The notes: generated from the letters alone by a model not told the origin. DNA of 32,000 nucleotides from Erysipelotrichaceae bacterium (GCA_963663995.1 OY760660.1:990001-1022000), one strand, 5' to 3'. Numbered from the stretch's first letter, positions 8,163 to 16,347 are shown. A program made the numbers and translations.

Positions 8163-9467
8163 TTATTCTGCAACACTTTCTTCGTCTTTAATTGCTTGAT
8201 TATCCAACATTCTAGCAAATGGGAAGTAAATTAAGAAGCTCAATGCGACTAACCCTACTTGAACAATTGCTGTGATTGGGCCACCTGCAATAAATGCTGA
8301 GAAGATAAGTGGTGTCCCTGTTGGGATATTAACACCATTTAGATACGGTAGAATTCCTACTAATCTTAAAACATATGAGACTGTCCACAGAATAAGTGGT
8401 GTAAAGAAGAAAGGAATCATCATAATAGGATTCATAACGATTGGTGTACCAAATGTAATTGGTTCGTTAATTCCAACTAAGCTTGCGGGTAATGCGATAC
8501 GTCCTAAAGTTTTATAGCGTTCACTCTTCGCAAAGAAAGCATAGAATAATGCTAAACCAATCGTAGCACCACCTCCACCAATCATACCGAAGATAAACCA
8601 GTCAGATTGAACGATCATATTTGGTAATGCTGTACCCGCTTCAAGAGCAGCTAAGTTTTCTAAACTTAGAGGTGTGTAAAGTGCGCTTAAGAAAGGCATA
8701 ACAACTAAACCACCGTGAATTCCAAAGAACCAGAAAGTAGACACTAAGAATAAAGAAAGCATGAATGTGAATGGGCTAGCAGCCATTGATTGTAATGGTG
8801 CTTGCATTAGTGCATAAATCATTGCACTCATGTGTCCATATGAGGTTAAGCTGATTCCATAACGTAATGCTGCAAATACAATTGCAACAAGGAAGGCAGG
8901 AACTAAACTTGAGAAAGATGCACTAACCATAGGTGGAACACCATCAGGTAGTTTAAATGTCCAATTATTCTTAACAGCAATTAAATATACACGTGGAACA
9001 ATCAAGCCAAGTACGATCGCTGTAAATAAACCAGTTGCGCCTAACCATGATGTGGTTAAAGCATTACCGATAGAAACAACTTCACCACTAGTAGATGTGC
9101 CAGACACACCAAGTGGGATCATTAATATAAATACAAATAATGTAATAACACCAATAGCCGTAGCTTCTTTTTTGTAACCTAAGTTTTCAGCTAATGCTTT
9201 ACCAATACCAAATGAAACATACAAAGCTAACATATTAGTAGTAATACCAGGAATAAAACCAAAAATAGTTTTTAATCCAGTTGACGTTATTAAACTTTGG
9301 TACGGAGCCCAGTTTAATGCACCAAGTAATGTAAAGATTGCACCCATAATGGTAATTGGTAAAATTGTCATAAATCCAGACATTATTGCTTGCAAAGATT
9401 TATTTCCTTGAACCTTTAAAGCTACGGGTCCGAGTTTTTCTTCTAGAAAACCTGTAAATTTATCCAT
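8163..9467 (-). CDS. PTS EIIC component, Lac/cellobiose family, orphan copy 2
   Basis: 434 aa, paralogous to copies 1 and 3 (MDKFTGFLEEKLGPVALKVQGNKSLQAI..., LPDGVPP, GINEPITFGTPIVMNP). Strong RBS AAAGGAGAAATTT-ATG. A 35-nt gap separates it from the sulfatase start, so the two are probably one operon. Confidence 0.9.
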   Translation of the reverse strand: MDKFTGFLEEKLGPVALKVQGNKSLQAIMSGFMTILPITIMGAIFTLLGALNWAPYQSLITSTGLKTIFGFIPGITTNMLALYVSFGIGKALAENLGYKKEATAIGVITLFVFILMIPLGVSGTSTSGEVVSIGNALTTSWLGATGLFTAIVLGLIVPRVYLIAVKNNWTFKLPDGVPPMVSASFSSLVPAFLVAIVFAALRYGISLTSYGHMSAMIYALMQAPLQSMAASPFTFMLSLFLVSTFWFFGIHGGLVVMPFLSALYTPLSLENLAALEAGTALPNMIVQSDWFIFGMIGGGGATIGLALFYAFFAKSERYKTLGRIALPASLVGINEPITFGTPIVMNPIMMIPFFFTPLILWTVSYVLRLVGILPYLNGVNIPTGTPLIFSAFIAGGPITAIVQVGLVALSFLIYFPFARMLDNQAIKDEESVAE

Positions 9468-9522
9468 AAAATTTCTCCTTTTGTTTCAATGAATGTAATG
9501 GTACCGTTTACATCCTGTTTCT

Positions 9523-9551
9523 ATTAAACTGGATTATATTCCATTTGTCAA
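9523..9551 (-). promoter_or_regulatory. Candidate promoter of the EIIC2-sulfatase operon
   Basis: Minus strand: TTGACA (9551-9546) - 17 nt - TTTAAT (9528-9523). The palindrome ATGTAA-N9-TTACAT (9493-9513, with a GGTACC core) lies just downstream of the predicted start site. Confidence 0.4.
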
Positions 9552-9632
9552 TATTTTTTGAAATATTTTTTATTATGAAATTTATTTTAATACTTATTTA
9601 TAAGTACTGCTAAATCATGTTAAAATATTTAT

Positions 9633-10403
9633 ATGGTATTAAGTCCTCTAGAAGCCTTGGCAGCGAATATGCCAAACCTAACAAAAACCGAACAAAAAAT
9701 TGCTGAGTTTATTCTTAACGATCCAATTCTTGCGTATCAATCAGATACAGATTTTTTAGCCCAAGAAACTGGTGCTTCGAAAGCTGCCTTTATTAGACTA
9801 TGTCAAAAAATTGGTTTTAAAGGTTATTCAGAATTTAGGTTTGCTTTATCTCGATCAATGATTTCAAATTCGCCTGATTTCGTTTCTACTGATGAACCAA
9901 TTCAAAGAATTACAAATTCATACACTAAAGTCATCAATCAAATGAATGATGTGTTAGATATCAGTGAAGTAAATCAATTAGTCGATGCCATCATTAACGC
10001 TAAGCGGATTAAAATCTTAGGCTTTAATCGAACATTCTTAAGTGCTCAACAACTACGTATGCGTCTAGGAAAAATCGGTATCGATGCGGAAGCCATTGGT
10101 GATCAAACTTCAATGAGAGATATTGCCGAAATCCTACATGAAGATGATTTATGCATTATCCTATCCATCAAAGCATTAGATTATTATTTACCTGTAATAA
10201 ATTTATTAAATCTTAATAATTGTCCATCTACTTTGATCACAATGACACCTAATAATAAACTTGAAGAATCTGTTGATCATCAAATTATATTACCGATCGT
10301 ATCACGATTAACCACATATACTTTCCTTGATGATCAAGTAATCTACTTTATATTTATTGAAATCATCTTACACATCTTAGCTAAGAGACTACAAGAAGAT
10401 TAA
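9633..10403 (+). CDS. RpiR/MurR-family transcriptional regulator (HTH + SIS), copy 2
   Basis: LTKTEQKIAEFILNDPILAYQSDTDFLAQETGASKAAFIRLCQKIGFKGYSEFRFAL is the RpiR HTH, followed by a SIS-like domain (IKILGFNRTF..., CIILSIKA). It is divergent from EIIC copy 2. Confidence 0.85.
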   Translation: MVLSPLEALAANMPNLTKTEQKIAEFILNDPILAYQSDTDFLAQETGASKAAFIRLCQKIGFKGYSEFRFALSRSMISNSPDFVSTDEPIQRITNSYTKVINQMNDVLDISEVNQLVDAIINAKRIKILGFNRTFLSAQQLRMRLGKIGIDAEAIGDQTSMRDIAEILHEDDLCIILSIKALDYYLPVINLLNLNNCPSTLITMTPNNKLEESVDHQIILPIVSRLTTYTFLDDQVIYFIFIEIILHILAKRLQED

Positions 10404-10427
10404 AAAATACGGATATCCGTATTTTTT
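10403..10427. terminator. Bidirectional terminator shared by rpiR copy 2 and the anSME gene
   Basis: AAAAA-ATACGG-ATAT-CCGTAT-TTTTTT: a perfect hairpin flanked by an A-run and a T-run, sitting between convergent genes. Confidence 0.8.
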
Positions 10428-10430
10428 ACT

Positions 10431-11525
10431 TTATTTAAGATTATTCGCTATTTCCATCATGCTTTTATGAGCATGTTCTAAAAAGACTTGATAACCACAA
10501 TAGCCATTATCATCGAAGTAAACAATATTCATACGTTTACAGTTACCATGACAAATATTTTTAAATTTACATGTATTACATGCTGTACTCATTCGTTTGT
10601 CTTCCTTTAAGAATTCATGCAAAACACTACTTTTATGTAATTGCGATAATGAATCAGTTGTGATATTTCCGATTTTATACTCATCTAATACATAGAAATC
10701 ACAGGGAAATACATCCCCATTAGATTCAATCACCATTTGCGCAGAACAATACCCTAACATTCCACACATTTGTGGACGCACACCAATAAACATTGGAATG
10801 ATATTATCAAATAGTCCAACTGATAAATAGTTATCCTTTTGATATTCATCTTTCCATAAGTCGTAGAACACTTTATAAAAAGATGCGAATGATTGAGGCG
10901 TCAATGCTGCACTATTATCTTTTAAATCAAAATCAGGCAAACATGGAATCAATTGAACATGATCGAATCCTTCTTTTTGATAGAATTCAAATAAATCTTT
11001 AGGTGATTGTGCTAATCCTTCTGTTAATACTGTTAAAACATTAAAATCTATTTCAGCATCTTTCAAACATTGAATACCCTTCATAACTTTTTCAAATGTT
11101 TTGCCATCATGTGATATTCGATATTTATTATGATTTATCTCAAATCCATCTAAACTAATTCCCACTAAAAAATCATTCTCTTTAAATAGTTTTGTCCATT
11201 CTTCATTCAGTAATGTTCCATTAGTTTGAATAGCATAATGGATATTTTGATTATCTTTTTTTATTTGGTTTACCTTGTCGATAAAATAGTAGAAATAATC
11301 TATTCCAGCTAATGTTGGTTCGCCACCTTGAAAAGCAAAAGTAATATCGCTTCCATCCTCTACATCCAGTGTTTTATTGACTAAAATATCAACTGTTTCA
11401 TAAGTCATATTTCCAAACGAAAACTGCTGACGATGATCAGCAACATCATTATAAAAACAATAAGTACATTTTAAATTACATGCAGCAGATGCTGGCTTAA
11501 TTAAATAACTATAAGATTGAGGCAT
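10431..11525 (-). CDS. Anaerobic sulfatase-maturating enzyme (radical SAM, SPASM domain)
   Basis: The N-terminus YLIKPASAACNLKCTYCFY carries the CX3CX2C motif (C16/C20/C23). The GGEPTL glycine-rich SAM motif is present. C-terminal Cys clusters (CGMLGYC..., FPCDFY, CNTCKFKNICHGNCKR) are typical of the two auxiliary 4Fe-4S clusters of anSME. Confidence 0.9.
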   Translation of the reverse strand: MPQSYSYLIKPASAACNLKCTYCFYNDVADHRQQFSFGNMTYETVDILVNKTLDVEDGSDITFAFQGGEPTLAGIDYFYYFIDKVNQIKKDNQNIHYAIQTNGTLLNEEWTKLFKENDFLVGISLDGFEINHNKYRISHDGKTFEKVMKGIQCLKDAEIDFNVLTVLTEGLAQSPKDLFEFYQKEGFDHVQLIPCLPDFDLKDNSAALTPQSFASFYKVFYDLWKDEYQKDNYLSVGLFDNIIPMFIGVRPQMCGMLGYCSAQMVIESNGDVFPCDFYVLDEYKIGNITTDSLSQLHKSSVLHEFLKEDKRMSTACNTCKFKNICHGNCKRMNIVYFDDNGYCGYQVFLEHAHKSMMEIANNLK

Positions 11526-11643
11526 GTAACAATTTTAGCACATGTCTAAGAGTTATCAGACTTTAACAATTCGATATCAACTGCTTTGATGTATAACACA
11601 TACCCTTCAATTTTCATTTTAAGGTTAATGGCATAATCTTCAT

Positions 11644-12009
11644 TTAAGACAACACGGATTTGCGTCTTATTTTGACTTGTGTTGGTATGCAGATCGATAT
11701 ATTCATCTTGGTATTTAATGAAACGCACAAATTGACAAGATCGAAGCAATCACTTGTTTCATACCCATCATAATCTTTAAGTAATTTCTTTTCGTTTTCA
11801 ATGCCAGTAACCAAACTTTTTGCGAGTAAACTATCTACAGTAATACCAAACAGTTTAGCTAAATAACATATGTTTTGGATATCAGGCATTCCTAGCCCTG
11901 TTTCCCATTTAGTGATGGCTTGACGTGAAACACCAATTCTATATGCCAATTGTTCTTGCGAAAGATGATGTGTCTTCCTTAAATCTTTAATCGTATTCGA
12001 TATATTCAT
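11644..12009 (-). CDS. XRE-family helix-turn-helix regulator (reading frame appears disrupted near 11700-11750; see findings)
   Basis: The N-terminus IKDLRKTHHLSQEQLAYRIGVSRQAITKWETGLGMPDIQNICYLAKLFGITVDSLL is a Cro/C1-type HTH. RBS AGGGAGGA precedes the ATG at 12009. The overlapping ORF 11546..11749, in another frame, looks like the displaced C-terminus. Confidence 0.7.
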   Translation of the reverse strand: MNISNTIKDLRKTHHLSQEQLAYRIGVSRQAITKWETGLGMPDIQNICYLAKLFGITVDSLLAKSLVTGIENEKKLLKDYDGYETSDCFDLVNLCVSLNTKMNISICIPTQVKIRRKSVLS

Positions 12010-12269
12010 ATACTAATCCTCCCTAACTATATAAAAATCAGTAAGTTTCCCTACTTCTACCTTAATCGCATAATACTTATATTCTCAAGCAACGATTAGT
12101 TGCTGACTTAATATGATTAAATTACGCATATTTAGTCTAAATAATCTATAAATGACTAACATCAAAACGTACTGGGATATTATGTGAAATTTAAAAAAAT
12201 ATGAATATATAAACTAAAACTTAGCTATTTTCATATTTTTTTGATTATTTATGACAAGATATTTTTCTT

Positions 12270-13499
12270 TTAAATGAATGATTTTTTAACTTGTTTTAAC
12301 TTCAACAACACAAACATGATTGTTAATGTCATTAATTGCACAAGCATTAAACTAAAGAAGCCAAGCGCATAAGAATGGGTCACATCATAGATCATCCCCA
12401 TAATCACAACGCCACTTGCACTACCAATAGATATAAGTGATGTTAAGGATGCATAAACAAGATTTGATTCTTCTTTTGGATAAAAATATTTCGTTATTAA
12501 TGGAATTCCAACGGCTACTGCTGAATAGACTGATCCCATTAAAAATGACATTAATAATAAAATAAATTGAGAATTTTGTATCGGTAGAAAATTAAAACTG
12601 ATTTGCGAAATAAGATAAGTTGTCGCAATCACTAAACTTGCTTTGATTACCCCAAAACGATCACTTAACATGCCTAAAATAAACTTAAAGGATAAGTTAC
12701 CAAACATCGCTGCTGAAACCATTAGTGCACCGACAGAAGTTGTTTGATTAATGCTTAAACTAAAAGTTGGGAAATGTTGAATCATCGATGTTAAAGAAGA
12801 ACTCAACATTGTATAAATAGCTAATAGTATAAAAAAGAAATTAACATTCAGTTTGAGTTTTTGTGAACTTAGGTTTGTCTCATGGACTGTTTTAGCATTT
12901 GTGCCATACGCTAGTAAACCTCTATCTTGTGGATGAGGTTTTAACCATAATGTGCCAACAAACGTTAAAACAAACAATAGTATTCCCGTAAAAGCCATTC
13001 CATAACGCCAATTTGTAGAACTAATAATTAAATTAACAAGTGGATTAAATATAACACCAGTGATACCAGTAAAACTCATCACTAAACCGGTCACAAAACC
13101 ATGTTTTTCTTCAAACCAATTACCAATCAAATAAACAATCGGCGCAAGAGAGAAACTACTGGTTGCGATACCTCTGATGATAGATAAAGCATAGATTAAA
13201 ATTAGACTACTAGAAAAAGCAATTAAAACAGTTGATAAAGCAGCCACAATAACGCCTAATCTCATTATTTTATTAAAGTCTCTTTTAACCATAAACTGAA
13301 TCATAAAAGGACTTGAAAAGCCTGTCGCTAAGCTTGATAAAGTAAGCGTTAATGAGAGTGATGCAATTCCAGTATTTAGTTCTAAGCTCATTGGCAAAAA
13401 GAAAACGCCAGATACATTTTGGATAATTCCAATTGAGCTAGCAGCCATGGTGATTAATGAAATCAGTGTTAATTTGTAATAGATTGAACCTTTAAACAT
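12270..13499 (-). CDS. MFS transporter
   Basis: 409 aa with about 12 hydrophobic segments in a 6+6 arrangement around a central loop (HPQDRGLLAYGTNAKTVHETNLSSQKLK). The substrate cannot be identified from sequence. There is no clear SD at the annotated start. Confidence 0.75.
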   Translation of the reverse strand: MFKGSIYYKLTLISLITMAASSIGIIQNVSGVFFLPMSLELNTGIASLSLTLTLSSLATGFSSPFMIQFMVKRDFNKIMRLGVIVAALSTVLIAFSSSLILIYALSIIRGIATSSFSLAPIVYLIGNWFEEKHGFVTGLVMSFTGITGVIFNPLVNLIISSTNWRYGMAFTGILLFVLTFVGTLWLKPHPQDRGLLAYGTNAKTVHETNLSSQKLKLNVNFFFILLAIYTMLSSSLTSMIQHFPTFSLSINQTTSVGALMVSAAMFGNLSFKFILGMLSDRFGVIKASLVIATTYLISQISFNFLPIQNSQFILLLMSFLMGSVYSAVAVGIPLITKYFYPKEESNLVYASLTSLISIGSASGVVIMGMIYDVTHSYALGFFSLMLVQLMTLTIMFVLLKLKQVKKSFI

Positions 13500-13706
13500 T
13501 GTTGTAAGTGTAACATGTTTTTTTTGATAATTTTTTTCTATTTTAATGACTAAGTTGTTTTATTAAACAAGATACAAACATTAAGTTAAAAACAGCTGCT
13601 AGTAGCGTTAAAATTAATTGAAACATTATTGACCCTCTCACCCTATACTTATGCATCAACTTTAGCTATTCCAAATATAAATGGTAAAGAAACGCTTTGT
13701 AGCATT

Positions 13707-13731
13707 TAAAAAGTGAACAAATTGTCCACTT
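13707..13731 (-). terminator. Rho-independent terminator after fumC
   Basis: Minus strand: AGTGGAC-AATTT-GTTCACT (one G.U pair) followed by TTTTT, directly after the fumC stop. Confidence 0.65.
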
Positions 13732-13736
13732 CTTTC

Positions 13737-15104
13737 TTAAACCATTTTTTCAGCTTTAACCCATTCATCAAAATCTTCAGCACTAACAAGTTTTAAATCA
13801 ATCGCTGCTTGTTTAAGGGTGAGATTATTTTGATAGGCATATTTCGCAATCTTAGCCGCATTCTCATAACCAATATGTGGATTGAGCGCAGTCACCAACA
13901 TCAAAGATTGTTCAAGGTTTGTCTGAATTTTATCACAATTTGGTTGTATACCAACTGCACAATTATCATTGAAACTTTTCACCCCATCACTTAATAATTG
14001 AATCGATTGAAGCATATTATATGCAATCACCGGCATATAGACATTGAGTTCAAAATTACCTTGCGATGCCGCAAATCCAATCGTCGCATCATTTCCCATG
14101 ACTTGTGCACAAATCATAGTTAAGCTTTCTGCTTGAGTAGGGTTTACTTTGCCTGGCATAATCGATGATCCTGGTTCATTTTCAGGAAGACTGATTTCAC
14201 CTAAACCTGAGCGCGGACCACTTGCCAACCATCTGACATCATTCGCAATTTTTAATAGATTAGCTGCTAAAGCTTTTAGAGCACCATGTGTGTTTACCAT
14301 CGCATCTTTACTACTTAAGGCATGGAATTTATTCTTAGAAGAACTGAAATTTAACTCTGTTTCTTTTTTAAGAATCTCGGCGACTTTATCACCAAAATCA
14401 GCTGGTGTATTTAAACCTGTCCCAACCGCTGTTCCACCAATCGCAAGTGGAAAGAGATATTGTAGGGATGTTTCAATCATTTGAATATTCTGTTGAATCA
14501 TGTATGCCCAGCCACTGATTTCTTGACCAAGGGTTAAAGGGGTTGCATCTTGTAAATGCGTCCGTCCAATTTTAACAATCGTTTGATACTTAGCCGATAG
14601 TTCAAATAAGGTTCCATAGAAGATTTCTAAACTAGGAATTAAGTGATAAACAAGCGCTAAAGCTGTCGATATATGCATGGCTGAAGGGAAAGTATCATTC
14701 GAACTTTGACCTTTATTCACATCATCATTTGGATGGATGATATTAATACCTGCTTTTTCATTTGTGAGAAATGAGATCACTTCATTGATATTCATATTGG
14801 ATTGAGTTCCAGAACCTGTTTGCCAGACTGATAATGGAAATTGATCATCATATTTCCCAGTCAATATTTCTGTACAAGCAAAATCGATTAAATCAGCTTT
14901 TTCTTGACTGAGTAAATCCTTTGATAGATTTACCTTGGCGGCAGCCTTTTTAACTTGAACTAAGGCATAGATTAATGCTAAAGGCATTTTTTCTGAACCG
15001 ATTTTAAAATTCTCTAAACTACGTTGAGTTTGAGCTTTCCACTTCTTATCAGTCGAAACTTTAATTTCTCCCATGCTGTCTTTTTCAATTCTGAAATCAG
15101 ACAT
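13737..15104 (-). CDS. fumC: Class II fumarate hydratase
   Basis: The N-terminus (R)IEKDSMGEIKVSTDKKWKAQTQRSLENFKIGSEKMP matches the FumC pattern. The GSSIMPGKVNPTQ lyase signature and the TGSGTQSNMN and SSNDTFP motifs are present. Confidence 0.9.
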   Translation of the reverse strand: MSDFRIEKDSMGEIKVSTDKKWKAQTQRSLENFKIGSEKMPLALIYALVQVKKAAAKVNLSKDLLSQEKADLIDFACTEILTGKYDDQFPLSVWQTGSGTQSNMNINEVISFLTNEKAGINIIHPNDDVNKGQSSNDTFPSAMHISTALALVYHLIPSLEIFYGTLFELSAKYQTIVKIGRTHLQDATPLTLGQEISGWAYMIQQNIQMIETSLQYLFPLAIGGTAVGTGLNTPADFGDKVAEILKKETELNFSSSKNKFHALSSKDAMVNTHGALKALAANLLKIANDVRWLASGPRSGLGEISLPENEPGSSIMPGKVNPTQAESLTMICAQVMGNDATIGFAASQGNFELNVYMPVIAYNMLQSIQLLSDGVKSFNDNCAVGIQPNCDKIQTNLEQSLMLVTALNPHIGYENAAKIAKYAYQNNLTLKQAAIDLKLVSAEDFDEWVKAEKMV

Positions 15105-16249
15105 TAGTTATTTTCCTTCCATGCTTTCTCAACTGCATCAGCCACTTTATCTGCCACTGTCGGATTAAAGATACTTGGAATAACACATTCAGGATTTAAA
15201 TCTTTCGCATCCACTGAGTCAGCAATCGCATATACAGCAGCCATTTTCATTGCTTCAGTAATACGTTTTGCGCGAGCTCTAAGCGCACCTTTAAATAAAC
15301 CTGGGAAAGCTAAGACATTATTAATTTGATTATTAAAATCAGATCGACCGGTTCCAACCACATAAGCTCCTGCTTCAAGCGCAAGATGTGGAAGAATTTC
15401 TGGATTAGGGTTTGCCATCGCAAAGATAATCGCTTTATCATTCATCGATCTAACCATATCTTGAGAAAGCGTATCAGCAGCTGAAACGCCAATAAAGACA
15501 TCCGCATCAAGCACTGCGTCTGCTAACTTTCCAGATATATTATTTTTATTAGTATAAGCAGCTACTTCATAAGATGTATGGTCTTTAGTTAATATACCTT
15601 TTGAATTACATACAATAATATCTTGTGCACCTAAAGCAATTAACATGTTCGCAATCGCTGTACCTGCAGCACCTGCTCCATTAATGACGATTTTTATATC
15701 AGTCATTTTTTTATCAACAAGTTTTAATGCATTAATTGTTCCTGCACATACGACAATTGCTGTACCATGTTGATCATCATGGAAAACAGGAATATCAATT
15801 TGTTCTTGTAGTTTACGTTCAACTTCAAAACATCTTGGAGCTGAAATATCTTCTAAGTTAATTCCACCAAAAGTAGGAGCTAAGTTTTTCACAATGAAGA
15901 CAATTTCATCGACATTTTGTGTTTCTAAACAGATTGGTATCGCATCTACATCACCAAACTGTTTAAATAGGATAGCTTTACCTTCCATAACTGGAATCGC
16001 TGCTTTTGCGCCAATATTACCTAAACCAAGTACAGCTGATCCATCTGAAACAACCGCTACCATTTTAGATTTTGCAGTGTATTCATATACTTTTTCAGGA
16101 TCTTCATGTATTTCTAGACAAGGAATGGCTACACCTGGTGTATATGCCAAACTTAAATCTTCTCGTGTTTCAACGGAGACTTTCGATTTTATTTCTAATT
16201 TTCCTACATTTTTACGATGTAATTCTAAAGCTTGTTCTTTGATGTCCAT
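15104..16249 (-). CDS. NAD(P)-dependent malic enzyme (short, bacterial type)
   Basis: ALELHRKNVGKLEIKSKV...LSLAYTPGVA, FHDDQHGTA and the GAGAAG dinucleotide fold are present. Its stop TAA overlaps the fumC ATG by 1 nt (TAATG), indicating translational coupling. Confidence 0.9.
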   Translation of the reverse strand: MDIKEQALELHRKNVGKLEIKSKVSVETREDLSLAYTPGVAIPCLEIHEDPEKVYEYTAKSKMVAVVSDGSAVLGLGNIGAKAAIPVMEGKAILFKQFGDVDAIPICLETQNVDEIVFIVKNLAPTFGGINLEDISAPRCFEVERKLQEQIDIPVFHDDQHGTAIVVCAGTINALKLVDKKMTDIKIVINGAGAAGTAIANMLIALGAQDIIVCNSKGILTKDHTSYEVAAYTNKNNISGKLADAVLDADVFIGVSAADTLSQDMVRSMNDKAIIFAMANPNPEILPHLALEAGAYVVGTGRSDFNNQINNVLAFPGLFKGALRARAKRITEAMKMAAVYAIADSVDAKDLNPECVIPSIFNPTVADKVADAVEKAWKENN

Positions 16250-16310
16250 GACTTAACTCTCTTTCTTAAATCATGTATAGTTTATCATTAAAACACGCAT
16301 GTCCTACACT

Positions 16311-16341
16311 AAAAAAACAAGCAATTTTGTGTTTGCTTGTT
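16311..16341 (-). terminator. Rho-independent terminator after cadC-like gene
   Basis: Minus strand: AACAAGCA - 10-nt loop - TGCTTGTT followed by T7. Confidence 0.7.
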
Positions 16342-16347
16342 TCATTT

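Noticed and set aside
5632-8517. ORFs 5632-5820 (+), 6861-7118 (+), 7878-8162 (+) and 8272-8517 (+).
   Set aside because: They are antisense shadows of cysK, the sulfatase and EIIC-2. Their translations are low-complexity.
12193-12242. AAATATGAA...TTCATATTT inverted repeat after the MFS gene as a terminator, and the AGCAAC-GATTA-GTTGCT hairpin at 12088-12104.
   Set aside because: The first has a purely A/T stem with a ~24-nt loop, so predicted stability is low. The second lacks a T-run on either strand. Both may be chance symmetry in AT-rich spacer DNA.
14149-16256. Plus-strand ORFs 14149-14484 and 15894-16256, and also 13809-13994.
   Set aside because: All are embedded antisense within fumC and the malic enzyme, whose own translations carry unambiguous family signatures.
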